A stretch of 64,000 bases of DNA from Bacilli bacterium (lineage in GTDB: Bacteria; Bacillota_I; Bacilli_A; RFN20; CAG-826). Location: the NCBI GenBank assembly GCA_045628045.1, contig JAZQOV010000002.1, positions 106,826 through 170,825 of the forward strand, written 5' to 3'. This document shows, piece by piece, positions 1 to 9,991 of this stretch. The position numbers and the translations under genes are program-made. The notes under the pieces were generated by a model that saw only the letters and a list, made by a program, of their open reading frames with translations, made no database searches and was not told the origin of the DNA. Each line of letters opens with the position of its first letter. Within the stretch, counting starts at the first letter, position 1.

Positions 1-155
1 TATCCGCTTAATGCGAATTCGAAGTCTTTACCTTTAATAAGGCTGAACTTAACAAATTGACCTGGAATTGCAAATAATCCGAATGATAATGCAATTACAA
101 TAAAAGCTAAAACAACGATTTTGTTTTCTTTAAGAAATTTGAATAATTTGCTCAT
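1..155 (-). CDS. Partial membrane protein, runs off window start (MSKLFKFLKENKIVVLAFIVIALSFGLFAIPG...)
   Basis: ATG at 155 on the minus strand with an AGGAGA RBS; hydrophobic N-terminus; frame open to base 1. Confidence 0.6.
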   Translation of the reverse strand, partial: MSKLFKFLKENKIVVLAFIVIALSFGLFAIPGQFVKFSLIKGKDFEFALSG

Positions 156-178
156 TGTTTCTCTCCTTTTCTAATTAG

Positions 179-253
179 TGGTTGGGGCGACTGGGATCGA
201 ACCAGTGAATGGCGAGTTCAGAGCCCGCTGCCTTACCGCTTGGCTACGCCCCA
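179..253 (-). tRNA. tRNA-Gln(CTG)
   Basis: Reverse complement folds as a cloverleaf, anticodon loop CT-CTG-AA, GGTTCGA T-arm, encoded CCA. Confidence 0.95.
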
Positions 254-287
254 ATTTCTTATTTGTAATATAAAAGGCGGCGTAAGT

Positions 288-375
288 TGGTGCCCGGGAC
301 CGGACTTGAACCGGTATGGATTATTCATCCGAGGGATTTTAAGTCCCTTGCGTCTACCAATTTCGCCACCTGGGC
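288..375 (-). tRNA. tRNA-Leu(TAA)
   Basis: Cloverleaf with long variable arm, AGGGA-CT-TAA-AA-TCCCT, encoded CCA. Confidence 0.95.
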
Positions 376-381
376 ATTCAA

Positions 382-458
382 TGGTCTCCCGTAGACGATT
401 TGAACGTCCGACCCCTTGATTAAAAGTCGAGTGCTCTAGCCAACTGAGCTAACGGGAG
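382..458 (-). tRNA. tRNA-Lys(TTT)
   Basis: Cloverleaf, anticodon loop CT-TTT-AA, encoded CCA; one C-A mismatch in the anticodon stem. Confidence 0.9.
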
Positions 459-579
459 ATCGATGCATTTTTTTCAAAATGCTTTAATATTATACACACG
501 TGAAACATATATTCCAACACTTTTTTATTAAAAAAGAAATTTTGATATAAAAAAATCACCTCACTGGTGACTTCTAAGA

Positions 580-654
580 TGGTTGGGGTGACAGGGATCG
601 GACCTGTGAATGCAAGAGTCAAAGTCTTGTGCCTTACCACTTGGCTACACCCCA
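580..654 (-). tRNA. tRNA-Gln(TTG)
   Basis: Cloverleaf, CAAGA-CT-TTG-AC-TCTTG, CCA end; T-loop reads TCCGA instead of TTCGA. Confidence 0.92.
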
Positions 655-660
655 ATAAAG

Positions 661-744
661 TGGTGGGCGAGGACAGATTTGAACTGCCGAACCCGAAGGA
701 ATTGATTTACAGTCAACCGCGTTTGGCCACTTCGCTACTCGCCC
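661..744 (-). tRNA. tRNA-Tyr(GTA)
   Basis: Cloverleaf with variable arm, anticodon loop CT-GTA-AA, CCA end. Confidence 0.95.
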
Positions 745-763
745 ACAATGGTTTCACGTTAGA

Positions 764-839
764 TGGTGGATGTTAAGAGGCTCGAACTCCTGACCCCCGC
801 CGTGTAAAGGCGATGCTCTCCCAACTGAGCTAAACATCC
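764..839 (-). tRNA. tRNA-Val(TAC)
   Basis: Cloverleaf, anticodon loop TT-TAC-AC, GTTCGA, CCA end. Confidence 0.95.
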
Positions 840-901
840 ACATTACACACTAAACGTGCTGAATAAATATATCATTTAGATATAAGATAGTCAATCAATA
901 A

Positions 902-2182
902 TTAATAACCTTTCTTACCAAGAAGGTGGAACATGTTCTTTTTATATACTTCAACACCAGGTTGATTGAAAGGATTTACTTTTAGTAAATATGCGCTCAT
1001 TGCTGCAGATTTTTCAAAGAAATAGAATAATTCACCAATGGTTTCTGCATCAAATTTGTCTACTTCAATAATTGCATTAGGAACTTTGGCAGTTTCGAAG
1101 TGAGCTTGTAAAACACCTCTGAAAGCTTTTTCTCCAACATCATTTAAAGTTTTGCCTGCTAAATAGTTGAGGTTATCTTCATCACCTTTAATTTTTGAAA
1201 TTTTGACATCATTAATTGGTTCTTTGCTATGCAAAATAGTTTCAAAAAACATTTGTGAACCATCTTGAATAAATTGACCAATTGAGTGTAAGTCGGTTGA
1301 GAAAGTTAAGCTGCATGGGAGAAGAGCTTTATGCTCTTTACCTTCTGATTCTGCGAATAATTGTTTATACCATTCTCCAAATTGAACAAGACGAGGTTCA
1401 TAAGAAATTAACATTTCAACTTTCTTGCCTTGTTTGTATTCGAAGTAACGAATTGCTGCATATTTATATGCATTATTTTTAAAGATGTCTGGTGAATTAA
1501 ATTCTTTTTCAGCCTTCTTTGCACCAGAAATAACTTTATCAATATCAATTCCAGCGCAAGCCATTGGGAATAAACCAACTGCTGTTAAAACTGAATAACG
1601 TCCGCCGATATTTGAAGGTAAACCAAAGGTTACGTAACCATTTTTCTTTGCAATTTCAAGAAGAAGTCCTTTATTTGGATCAGTTGTAACAAAGATTGCT
1701 TTTTTAGCTTCTTTTTCTCCAACAGTCTTAACTAATTCTTCTTTTAATAAACGGAAGGCAATTGCAGTCTCGGTGGTGGAGCCACTTTTTGAAATTACGT
1801 TAACTGCAAATTTCTTACCGTGAATTTCTTCTAAAACGTCGTGAATATAGTCTGCTGAGAAGGTTTGTCCAAGGAAAAGAATCTTTGGATTTTTGTTATC
1901 ATTTAAACCTTTAATTGCTTCAATTGCAGCACGTGCTCCAAGATAGGATCCGCCGATACCACAAACAACCAAAATCTCATAGTTTTTACGGATATTTTCC
2001 GCATTTTCCTTGATTTTTTTGATTTCTTCTTTGCTAATAAAATCAGATAATTTTTCCCAACCTAAGAAGTCAGAACCTGCTGAAGTTCTGTCTTTAATTT
2101 GTTGGTCTATTTTTGCAATTCTTTTTGCATATGATTTATAAGGTGCTTTTTTGCCTAAAAATTCATCAATTACTTTAATCAT
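902..2182 (-). CDS. pgi: Glucose-6-phosphate isomerase
   Basis: GIGGSYLG, SKSGSTTET, GGRYSV, QLFAESEGK and NPFNQPGVE motifs. Confidence 0.96.
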   Translation of the reverse strand: MIKVIDEFLGKKAPYKSYAKRIAKIDQQIKDRTSAGSDFLGWEKLSDFISKEEIKKIKENAENIRKNYEILVVCGIGGSYLGARAAIEAIKGLNDNKNPKILFLGQTFSADYIHDVLEEIHGKKFAVNVISKSGSTTETAIAFRLLKEELVKTVGEKEAKKAIFVTTDPNKGLLLEIAKKNGYVTFGLPSNIGGRYSVLTAVGLFPMACAGIDIDKVISGAKKAEKEFNSPDIFKNNAYKYAAIRYFEYKQGKKVEMLISYEPRLVQFGEWYKQLFAESEGKEHKALLPCSLTFSTDLHSIGQFIQDGSQMFFETILHSKEPINDVKISKIKGDEDNLNYLAGKTLNDVGEKAFRGVLQAHFETAKVPNAIIEVDKFDAETIGELFYFFEKSAAMSAYLLKVNPFNQPGVEVYKKNMFHLLGKKGY

Positions 2183-2544
2183 TTTTCTTCCTCTTTTGCA
2201 TTTTTAATCCATTCAGGAAGTTTTTCCTTAAGGATTGTGTAATCAATAAAATCAGGATCTATTTTTTCTTTATGGATTCCGTTATTGTGATACATTTCTT
2301 TTTCTTCTTCGGTTATTTTGGACATTGAAAGTTTTAAAAAACCATCTTCTTCAATACCAATAATTTTGACTTGATATGTTTTTCCGATATGAAGATATTT
2401 GCGAATGTTGCGAATGTAAACATTAGCGACTTCTGAAATGTGAAGAAGTCCTTTTTTATCATCATCAAAAATCATTATCGCCCCAAAATCGCGGATATTT
2501 ATGATTGTTCCTTCAATGATTTCACCAATTTTATACTCTTTCAT
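2179..2544 (-). CDS. S1 RNA-binding domain protein (GSP13/YugI-like)
   Basis: G(E)IIEG..FGA..GLLHISEV S1 signature; next to pgi. Confidence 0.85.
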   Translation of the reverse strand: MKEYKIGEIIEGTIINIRDFGAIMIFDDDKKGLLHISEVANVYIRNIRKYLHIGKTYQVKIIGIEEDGFLKLSMSKITEEEKEMYHNNGIHKEKIDPDFIDYTILKEKLPEWIKNAKEEEK

Positions 2545-3215
2545 TAGTCGATATATCCTTCGAGATATTTGATATCTTCTTTGGTTGTAATTTTATGAAG
2601 TTTGTTACTTCCAGGGACAAGTTTAACTTTGCCTTTTGCACTTAAGATTAATGAGCAATCATCTGTCGCTAAATTACCTTTTGCTTTTGCGTGTGCTTTT
2701 ATAAGTTCGCTAAATCTAAAAGCTTGAGGAGTTTGAATTAAAGCGACACTGGAACGTTCTACAAACGATTCAACTTCATTTTTCTTATTCATCTTTGCAA
2801 CAGTGTCTACTGATTCAATATAAGTTGTTGCAGCGCCACATTCTTTTGCGGCTTTTGCAACACTTATAATAATTTTTTCATCAACAAGTGGACGAGCTCC
2901 ATCATGAATAATGACTATGTCATTTGAAGCAAGTTTAGTTGCAGCGAGTCCCTTTTCTACTGATTCTTGTCGAGTTTCACCACCTAAAACAATTAAAGCC
3001 TTAATGTTTTTAGATTTAACATAATCTGAAATTTCAGATTCATTTGTTTTATTAACGACAAGAATAAGTTCGTCTATGGATTTTGCATTAGCAAAAGCCT
3101 CTATTGAGTAAGAAAAAACACTTTTGCCTTTAAGTAAGCAAAGTTGTTTATTCTTTGGCCCGCCGAATCTAGTAGAGAGGCCGGCCATTAACACAATAGC
3201 GACTAGTTTTTCCAT
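2544..3215 (-). CDS. ispD: 2-C-methyl-D-erythritol 4-phosphate cytidylyltransferase (IspD/TarI family)
   Basis: AG.STRFG..KQ, GGETRQESV, IHDGARP, QTPQAF, TDD, KITT motifs. Confidence 0.85.
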   Translation of the reverse strand: MEKLVAIVLMAGLSTRFGGPKNKQLCLLKGKSVFSYSIEAFANAKSIDELILVVNKTNESEISDYVKSKNIKALIVLGGETRQESVEKGLAATKLASNDIVIIHDGARPLVDEKIIISVAKAAKECGAATTYIESVDTVAKMNKKNEVESFVERSSVALIQTPQAFRFSELIKAHAKAKGNLATDDCSLILSAKGKVKLVPGSNKLHKITTKEDIKYLEGYID

Positions 3216-4054
3216 TCGATGCCTAATTTATGTGCTAATTTTGCGGATTTTTCTTTTAGAAGTGATTCATTTGCAATTGATTGAATAATTGCTTGAATAA
3301 CTCTTTCAAGTTCACTGCCCTCGGAGTAGTCTGCTTTGATGTAGACATTTGTTCTCTTCTCTTTGAGAAGTTTCTTAAGTGCAGCTTCATCTTTATCACT
3401 GTAAAGTGAGATTGAATGTCCGTGGTTATTTTGGACAAGTTGCATACATGGAATATCAGTCATTCCGTCACCAAGATAAATCATGTTTGTGTATGGAATT
3501 CTAATATCATCAGTCTTAGTGTTGATTGTTGTATCATCAAGTAAGTCTGTAGCACCTTTACGAATACGATAAATGTATTGTGTCTTTTGGGTGTAGTTAA
3601 TTGAAAGCTTTGGCCAAACAGGTTCTTTGGTAACTGGATCAAAGTAGAACTCACATCCAAAGATCTCTTTGAAGTGTTTTGCAATTGAACTTCCTTCAAG
3701 AATTTCTTTTGTTCCTGAGGAAATGATGTAGTGTTCAACTTCAACACCTACTGATTTACCAAATTCATTAATACGTTTGAACCATGTATCAACGCCTTTG
3801 AAATATTCAATGTTTTTACCCATGTCATTAAGGGTTTTTCTGGTTAATTTAATGCCTTTTTCTTTGCTTAAAGCAACCATTGTGTACATGTAAGATAAAA
3901 TTCTTTCAACTCCACTTTTGTTTTGGAACTCTCCAGTGGCACCCCAGAATTCATTTGGTTTCATGCCAAGTGCAGGGATAAATCCATAATCTTGCATGTC
4001 ACTTTTTGACAACGTTTTATCGAAGTCATACATAATAGCAACAATTGGTTTCAT
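3203..4054 (-). CDS. HAD-like hydrolase
   Basis: YDFDKTL motif I, ISSG motif II, GDGMTD motif IV. Confidence 0.85.
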   Translation of the reverse strand: MKPIVAIMYDFDKTLSKSDMQDYGFIPALGMKPNEFWGATGEFQNKSGVERILSYMYTMVALSKEKGIKLTRKTLNDMGKNIEYFKGVDTWFKRINEFGKSVGVEVEHYIISSGTKEILEGSSIAKHFKEIFGCEFYFDPVTKEPVWPKLSINYTQKTQYIYRIRKGATDLLDDTTINTKTDDIRIPYTNMIYLGDGMTDIPCMQLVQNNHGHSISLYSDKDEAALKKLLKEKRTNVYIKADYSEGSELERVIQAIIQSIANESLLKEKSAKLAHKLGIEWKN

Positions 4055-4154
4055 AGTAATTACCTCGATAAAACCTTAACAAATGTTAAGTTAAATGTCA
4101 AATTATAACAATTGGCATAATTTATTTGCCAATTACATTTGCGTACGAAGTAAC

Positions 4155-4178
4155 AAAAAAGAGAGGCAAAGCCTCTCT
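4155..4178 (-). terminator. Intrinsic terminator after tRNA-Leu(GAG)
   Basis: aaaaaa-gagaggc-aaa-gcctctc hairpin; U-tract on the minus strand. Confidence 0.75.
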
Positions 4179-4188
4179 ATATTATCAA

Positions 4189-4273
<85 letters not shown>

Positions 4274-4319
4274 AGCGATAAATAATATACACTCAAGTTA
4301 CATTTCTAACAAGTAGAAA

Positions 4320-5756
4320 TTACAAGATTTCAGTAAATAACAAAGCTGCTAATCCAAAATAGATAAGCAAACTTGAAACGTCAACAATTGTTGTTAAAAG
4401 TGGTTGAGAAACAATTGCTGGGTCTTTTTTAATAGCGGCAGCGCCCATTGGAAGAAGTACTGCAACCATCTTTGAAAGGAAGACTGCAATTCCTAAAGTT
4501 CCAGCGACTAAACCAGAAACTTTGAATGCATTTAACGCAAAATCTAAGGTCCAGCAAGATCCATCCCAAATAACACCTGGATTTGCAGAACTTTTTACAA
4601 TGCCAGTGTATTGTTCAATTGTGAACCAAACAAAACCAAATGCAGCAATTGTAACAGCAATTATTAAGGCAGTTAACGCCTCTTTTTTAAGAACTTTTAA
4701 GAACTCTTTTGGTGAGAATTCTTGCAAAGCAAGACCTCTAATCATAAGTGCAATTGTTTGTCCTCCAGCGTTTCCACCTGTATCCATGATTACAGGAATG
4801 AATGCTGCGAGAATTGCAAGACTTGATAAGCTTGTTTCAAATGAGGATAAAACAAGTGATGAGAATGTTCCTAAAATGAGCAAAATAATGATCCAAGGAA
4901 CACATTTTTTAACCATTTTTCTAACTGGTGTTTCTAAGTATGAATCTTCAAGTGGTGTGACCATTTGTAACTTAGAAATATCTTCGGTTTGTTCTTCAAC
5001 GATAACATCGATAACGTCGTCGACTGTGACAATACCAACAAGTCTTCCATCATTATTTAAAACAGCAATGGCGTTTAAGTCATAACGTTTAACTATGTTA
5101 GCAACTTGTTCTTGGTCATCATTAACATTAACTGTGTTGAAGTCTTTGTTCATGATTTTTGTAATCTTGTCATCACCATCTGCAAAGATTAAGTCATCTA
5201 AGTCGACAGTTCCAACAAGTTTACGTTTTCTGTCCATTACGAAAATAGTGTAAATTGTTTCTTTATTTTTGCCGGTTTTACGAATTTGTTTAATTGCTTC
5301 ATCACAAGTGATGTCATCAAGTAAAATGACAAACTCTGTGGTCATAATAGAACCAGCAGTATCTTCTTTGAAGTTTAAGAGTTTGTTAATATTTGCACGT
5401 TTTTCTTTTGGAACGTTTTTCAAAACTCTGGTAACAACGTTAGCAGGAAGTTCCTCAAGATCATCGACGATATCATCGGTGAATTGAGATTCTAGAATCT
5501 CTGCTAATTGGTCATCAGAAAGATATTTGACTAATTCTTCTTTAATTTCAGAAGGAAGTTCAGTGAAGAAATCCGCAGTAAATTCAGATTTGACAGTCTT
5601 CAAAATAAAGACAATCTTTTTCACGTCTTCTAAATCTGCACAAGCTTCTGCAATATCGATTTCTGGGACAACCTCAAAAATATGTCTTAATTCTTTGACA
5701 TTTTTAGAATCGATTAATTTTTCAATTTTTTGGGTTGAAATTAATTCATTTTCCAT
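4320..5756 (-). CDS. mgtE: Magnesium transporter MgtE
   Basis: TAGSIMT, tandem CBS domains, GIVTVDD, DTGGNAGGQ, DPAIVS.PLLTTIVD. Confidence 0.95.
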   Translation of the reverse strand: MENELISTQKIEKLIDSKNVKELRHIFEVVPEIDIAEACADLEDVKKIVFILKTVKSEFTADFFTELPSEIKEELVKYLSDDQLAEILESQFTDDIVDDLEELPANVVTRVLKNVPKEKRANINKLLNFKEDTAGSIMTTEFVILLDDITCDEAIKQIRKTGKNKETIYTIFVMDRKRKLVGTVDLDDLIFADGDDKITKIMNKDFNTVNVNDDQEQVANIVKRYDLNAIAVLNNDGRLVGIVTVDDVIDVIVEEQTEDISKLQMVTPLEDSYLETPVRKMVKKCVPWIIILLILGTFSSLVLSSFETSLSSLAILAAFIPVIMDTGGNAGGQTIALMIRGLALQEFSPKEFLKVLKKEALTALIIAVTIAAFGFVWFTIEQYTGIVKSSANPGVIWDGSCWTLDFALNAFKVSGLVAGTLGIAVFLSKMVAVLLPMGAAAIKKDPAIVSQPLLTTIVDVSSLLIYFGLAALLFTEIL

Positions 5757-5860
5757 TTTTGAAGCTCCCTTCCGCGTTTAGTTTACATTCTTTATATAAA
5801 GAAATAAAGCAAAATGATTTATTTAGTGATACAATACTTTCGCAAAGGATATATTTATAT

Positions 5861-6433
5861 ATGAAAAAAATTATTGTTGAAACAAGTGCTCGTCACATTC
5901 ACGTAACTCAAGAAGCTTTAGAGATTTTATGTGGAAAGGGCGCTAAATTAGAAGTTAAAGCTATGCTTTCTCAACCAGGACAATTCGTTTCTACTACAAG
6001 ATTAAATCTTGTTGGCCCAAAGAAATCAATTGAAGGAGTCTCAATCCTTGGTCCAGTTAGAAAAGCAAATCAAGTAGAAGTTTCCGCTACAGACGCAAGA
6101 ACTCTTGGCGTTGCAGCACCAGTAAAAGAATCTGGTGATGTCGCAGGTACTCCTGGAATCAAAATTGTTGGTCCAGCAGGAGAACTTGAAATTAATGAAG
6201 GTGTTATTGTTGCAAAACGTCACATCCACATGACACCAGCAGATGCAAAAGAATTTGGTGTTACAAATGGTCAAATCGTTAAAATAGCAACTGGAACGGA
6301 AGGACGTAAGGTCATCTTTGATGACGTTGTCATTCGTGTTCGTGAAGACTTCGCTCTTGCAATGCACATTGATACAGATGAATCAAATGCAGCAATGTGT
6401 GGTATGAAATGCGAAGGCGAAATTATTAAATAA
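5861..6433 (+). CDS. pduL: Phosphate propanoyltransferase / PduL-type phosphotransacylase
   Basis: SARHIH, SQPGQF, VAKRHIHM, MHIDTDE; start reassigned to MKKIIVE at 5861. Confidence 0.92.
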   Translation: MKKIIVETSARHIHVTQEALEILCGKGAKLEVKAMLSQPGQFVSTTRLNLVGPKKSIEGVSILGPVRKANQVEVSATDARTLGVAAPVKESGDVAGTPGIKIVGPAGELEINEGVIVAKRHIHMTPADAKEFGVTNGQIVKIATGTEGRKVIFDDVVIRVREDFALAMHIDTDESNAAMCGMKCEGEIIK

Positions 6434-6475
6434 TTATTGTATTTACTAACTTGTTAGTATAGAATACAAACATAG

Positions 6476-6579
6476 ATCTTATCAAGAACCGTGTATAAGG
6501 GAATGAAAAATCACGGTAGCAACTCTCAAATGAGTAAGTGCTCTTCCTTAGCAGTGGCCCACCCACTGAGCGATAAGAT
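6476..6579 (+). promoter_or_regulatory. SAM-I (S-box) riboswitch, variant
   Basis: P1 ATCTTATC...GATAAGAT, ATCAAGA junction, AGCAAC...GTGCT P3, P4 CAGTGG/CCACTG; directly upstream of a terminator and metK. Confidence 0.85.
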
Positions 6580-6597
6580 GGAAATCACATAAATACA

Positions 6598-6630
6598 AAA
6601 GTGACTTTCCTTGAGTGGGAAGTCATTTTT
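6598..6630 (+). terminator. Riboswitch expression-platform terminator upstream of metK
   Basis: aagtgactttcc-ttgagt-gggaagtcattttt. Confidence 0.8.
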
Positions 6631-6652
6631 ATTTATAAATAAGGATACGCGT

Positions 6653-7816
6653 ATGGAAAAGAAAAATTTATTTACTTCTGAATCCGTTTCAGAAGGACAT
6701 CCTGACAAAGTCTGCGATCAAATCGCTGACGCTATTCTCGATGCATGTATTAAAGTTGATCCAACTTCAAGAGTTGCATGCGAGGTTTTTGTCACCACAA
6801 ACTATTGTTTGATTGGTGGCGAAATCACTTCAAAAGCACATCCAAATTACAAGAAAATTGCTCGTGAAGTTATTGAAGATATTGGTTATACCAAGAAAGA
6901 ATATGGATTTTCTGCAGATAAAGTAAAAATTGATGTTAAAGTCAAAGAGCAATCTAAAGATATCGCAATGGGAGTTGATGCTTCAAAACCTGAAGAAATT
7001 GGTGCAGGTGACCAAGGAATTATGTTTGGTTACGCAACAAACGAAAATGAAGGTTATATGCCACTTCCAATTGCTATCGCACACAAGCTTGTTCGTGTTG
7101 CAACTTCAAAAAGAAAATCAGGTGAATTTAAGGGTGCAAGACCTGACATGAAATCACAAGTTACAGTTGATTACTCTAACCCTAAAAAACCAAGAGTTGT
7201 CACTGTGCTTATGTCAATTCAACATGACCCAGATATTGATATGAACAAATTCATAGAATTTGTGAAAAATAATATTATGATTAATGTTGTTAAATCATTT
7301 GGCTTAAATACTGACTTTGAAACACTTATTAATCCAACCGGAAATTTCGTCATTGGCGGACCTGCTGGAGACACTGGTGTCACAGGACGAAAAATCATTG
7401 TTGATACTTATGGTGGCGCTGGTCATCATGGCGGTGGAGCATTCTCTGGAAAAGATCCTACAAAAGTTGATAGATCTGCATCATACATGGCCCGTTATAT
7501 TGCTAAAAACTTAGTTGCAGCAGGAGTTATGGACAAATGTGAAATTCAATTAGGCTATGCAATTGGTAAAAATGAACCAGTTTCGTTATTCTGTGAATCA
7601 TTTGGCACAAGCAAAATTAAAGAAGAAAAACTTCTCGAAATTATTCAAAAAGTCTTTGACTTAAGACCTGGAATGATTATTAAAAACTTCTCACTTACAA
7701 AGCCAAGTTTTGAATACCACAAACTTACAAACTATGGTCACTTTGGAAGACCTGATCTAGATTTGCCTTGGGAAAAGCTTGATAAGGTTGAAGAAATTAA
7801 GTCTTTACTTAAGTAA
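6653..7816 (+). CDS. metK: S-adenosylmethionine synthetase
   Basis: FTSESVSEGHPDK, GAGDQG, GGGAFSGKDPTKVDRS. Confidence 0.98.
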   Translation: MEKKNLFTSESVSEGHPDKVCDQIADAILDACIKVDPTSRVACEVFVTTNYCLIGGEITSKAHPNYKKIAREVIEDIGYTKKEYGFSADKVKIDVKVKEQSKDIAMGVDASKPEEIGAGDQGIMFGYATNENEGYMPLPIAIAHKLVRVATSKRKSGEFKGARPDMKSQVTVDYSNPKKPRVVTVLMSIQHDPDIDMNKFIEFVKNNIMINVVKSFGLNTDFETLINPTGNFVIGGPAGDTGVTGRKIIVDTYGGAGHHGGGAFSGKDPTKVDRSASYMARYIAKNLVAAGVMDKCEIQLGYAIGKNEPVSLFCESFGTSKIKEEKLLEIIQKVFDLRPGMIIKNFSLTKPSFEYHKLTNYGHFGRPDLDLPWEKLDKVEEIKSLLK

Positions 7817-7833
7817 TTTGATATAAATTTTTT

Positions 7834-7864
7834 AAAAAAAGAAGTGGATTTCCGCTTCTTTTTT
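7834..7864 (+). terminator. Intrinsic terminator after metK
   Basis: aaaaaaagaagtgga-tt-tccgcttctttttt. Confidence 0.8.
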
Positions 7865-7957
7865 CATTAAAGTATGTATTCCTCTTTTAATCTTTTAGAT
7901 TATTTGCGATAATATAATTGTAATTAGCTACTTACTAATTTGGAAAGGAGATTAATT

Positions 7958-8512
7958 ATGAAGAACCAAATTATTGGCAAGAACATCGAAGTAACAGAAT
8001 CAATTAAGGCAGCAGTTGAAAAGAAACTCGCTAGACTTGAAAAGTATTTTGTTATCAATGAAGACGTCTCATGTCGCGTTGTCGTTAGAAGCTATCCAGT
8101 TGGAGCAAAGGTTGAAATTACTATTTTCACACCAATGATGGATCTCAGAGCCGAGGTTTCTGATAACGATTTATATGCAGCAGTAGATCTTGCAATCGAC
8201 AAACTCGAAGGACAAATGAGAAAACTCAAAACCAGAATGGATCGTTCCAATGGTAAGATGTCCTTAGGAAAGGCTTTAGCCTTAGATTACTTTAAAGACC
8301 TCGAAGAAGTTTCTGATGAAGAAGACGAGGTTGTTCGTATCAAGACAAAATATCTTGATCCAATGACAGTAGAAGAAGCTGTCGCAAGAATGGAAGCAAT
8401 TGACCACCCATTCTTCCTTTATCTCGATGAAGAAGATGACAAGATTTCAGTCGTCTATAAACGTGATGATGGAGGCTATGGAATCTTCCAAGCAGAAAAC
8501 GAATTAAAATAA
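7958..8512 (+). CDS. hpf: Long ribosome hibernation promoting factor
   Basis: GKNIEVT, DLYAAVD...KLEGQMRK, PMTVEEA, VVYKRDDGGYG; AAAGGAG RBS. Confidence 0.93.
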   Translation: MKNQIIGKNIEVTESIKAAVEKKLARLEKYFVINEDVSCRVVVRSYPVGAKVEITIFTPMMDLRAEVSDNDLYAAVDLAIDKLEGQMRKLKTRMDRSNGKMSLGKALALDYFKDLEEVSDEEDEVVRIKTKYLDPMTVEEAVARMEAIDHPFFLYLDEEDDKISVVYKRDDGGYGIFQAENELK

Positions 8513-8532
8513 CAAAATAGTTCGAAAAATCT

Positions 8533-8557
8533 AAAGAGGGGATTTATCCTCTCTTTT
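8533..8557 (+). terminator. Intrinsic terminator after hpf
   Basis: aagagggga-ttta-tcctctctttt. Confidence 0.7.
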
Positions 8558-8655
8558 CTTTTTTCTTGTAAATATCGGTCATTTATCATAAGATAATGAC
8601 GTGCGACAAAAGAGTCGTAACATGTATTCGATACTAAATTAGAAAGGATATAATT

Positions 8656-9519
8656 ATGAATAATTATACAGCCGCAATTGCAAGCTTTGTAAGATTCGAT
8701 GTTGTTGTTTTCAATACTCTTGAATACGCAATGAAGAAAGACAAATACGACATTCAAGCATACAAGGCACGTAAAGAAGTTATTACAACTGAAATTACAC
8801 AAAACACACCACTTAAGAATTGTTTAGACAACTCTGGTGATGCTGGTAAAAATTTACTCGAAAAAATCAATGCACTTTTAGAACTTATCTACTCTGAAAA
8901 ATCAACCATCGTTAAACTTTCACAAGATGGAAATGAACTCAGAGTTGACTACTCTCAAGCTATTGCTATTTTCGAAGCAGTTCTTCCAATTCACGAAGAA
9001 CTCCGCAAAATCATCTTCGCACACGTAAGCGCAGCCGAAAAAGCACAAATGGACGATGAAGCAACCTTCCCAGATGTATTGAACAAGGAAGAATACTTCT
9101 ACCGTGGACTTGTTAACATGTTAATGTTAGAAGAACTTGATCATCAATTTGCAGAATATAATAAAGCAAGACAAGAAGCAAAAGGCGGAATTACTCCACA
9201 ATCTAACTTCATTCAAAATGATATTAATCGTTTAGTTAAACTCTTCCATCTTGTAAGAGATGCTGCTTCAGCACGTAGTGAAGAATACTATGAAGTCATT
9301 GATCCATTATTTGCTCTTATTGAAATGACTGGTGGACGTAGAGATCTTCCTAAAGGAAAGAACTTCGCAGATATGTTCGTTTCTGTTAAGAAGATTGCAA
9401 GAGAAAAGACCACAAAATGGGAACTCGAATGGAAGCCAGCTTATGAAGCTTTCATGAAACACTTCACAGAAGAAATCGTTAAGATGCAAAACAAAGAAAA
9501 GGAAGGAGTTAAGGCATAA
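8656..9519 (+). CDS. Hypothetical alpha-helical protein
   Basis: 287-aa ORF, AAAGGA RBS, housekeeping-like codon usage; no motif recognised. Confidence 0.75.
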   Translation: MNNYTAAIASFVRFDVVVFNTLEYAMKKDKYDIQAYKARKEVITTEITQNTPLKNCLDNSGDAGKNLLEKINALLELIYSEKSTIVKLSQDGNELRVDYSQAIAIFEAVLPIHEELRKIIFAHVSAAEKAQMDDEATFPDVLNKEEYFYRGLVNMLMLEELDHQFAEYNKARQEAKGGITPQSNFIQNDINRLVKLFHLVRDAASARSEEYYEVIDPLFALIEMTGGRRDLPKGKNFADMFVSVKKIAREKTTKWELEWKPAYEAFMKHFTEEIVKMQNKEKEGVKA

Positions 9520-9533
9520 TCGCCAAATTGAAT

Positions 9534-9908
9534 ATGAAAAAAGTCACTGTTAAAGAATTTATTTGGTACGCAGGTTGTGCGTTAGTTGCTGTCCTTGGTC
9601 TTATTGCAATTACCTTTGGTATTGTTGGCTACTATATGCCATCAACTGCAGAAACAGGCAACTTTGTTGAAGTCTTTGAAAATAAGATTCACTTTGAATT
9701 AAGATGGGCTGGATTAATCGCAGTTGCGGCAGCAGTTGTTGTCTTCATTATTTGCTTACTTGTTAATGCAAAGAAAGCAGACAGAGACGTTGAAAAGAAA
9801 CTTCGTCGTGAACAAAGAATTGCAGCAAGTGCTAATAGCACAATTGAAGTTAAGAAGGCTGTTGAGGTTATTGAAGAAGCTCCAGCTGAAGAGCAAAAAG
9901 CTCAATAA
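9534..9908 (+). CDS. Small 2-TM membrane protein
   Basis: Two hydrophobic segments and a charged C-terminal tail. Confidence 0.7.
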   Translation: MKKVTVKEFIWYAGCALVAVLGLIAITFGIVGYYMPSTAETGNFVEVFENKIHFELRWAGLIAVAAAVVVFIICLLVNAKKADRDVEKKLRREQRIAASANSTIEVKKAVEVIEEAPAEEQKAQ

Positions 9909-9930
9909 TTACTTCGAAAAATTAAAAATC

Positions 9931-9960
9931 AAAAAGTGTCAATTTGGCACTTTTTCTTTT
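9931..9960 (+). terminator. Intrinsic terminator at the core/accessory boundary
   Basis: aaaaagtgtca-att-tggcactttttctttt. Confidence 0.7.
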
Positions 9961-9991
9961 ACTTGCGAATTACCTTTGGTATAATTCAGTT

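Noticed and set aside
382-654. tRNA-Lys anticodon-stem mismatch and tRNA-Gln TCC T-loop
   Set aside because: Single deviations in otherwise normal tRNAs; not enough to claim pseudogenes or recoding
449-776. ORFs 449-655 and 567-776
   Set aside because: They overlap tRNA genes; spurious
179-839. tRNA 3'-end duplication as an att site for the island
   Set aside because: No repeated tRNA end was noticed elsewhere in the window, and the island starts ~9 kb away
4522-5781. Plus-strand ORFs inside mgtE and similar short antisense or off-frame ORFs throughout
   Set aside because: Shadow ORFs of well-supported genes, with no RBS or motifs
5757-5860. M-box riboswitch upstream of mgtE
   Set aside because: The intergenic region is short, AT-rich and lacks the motif
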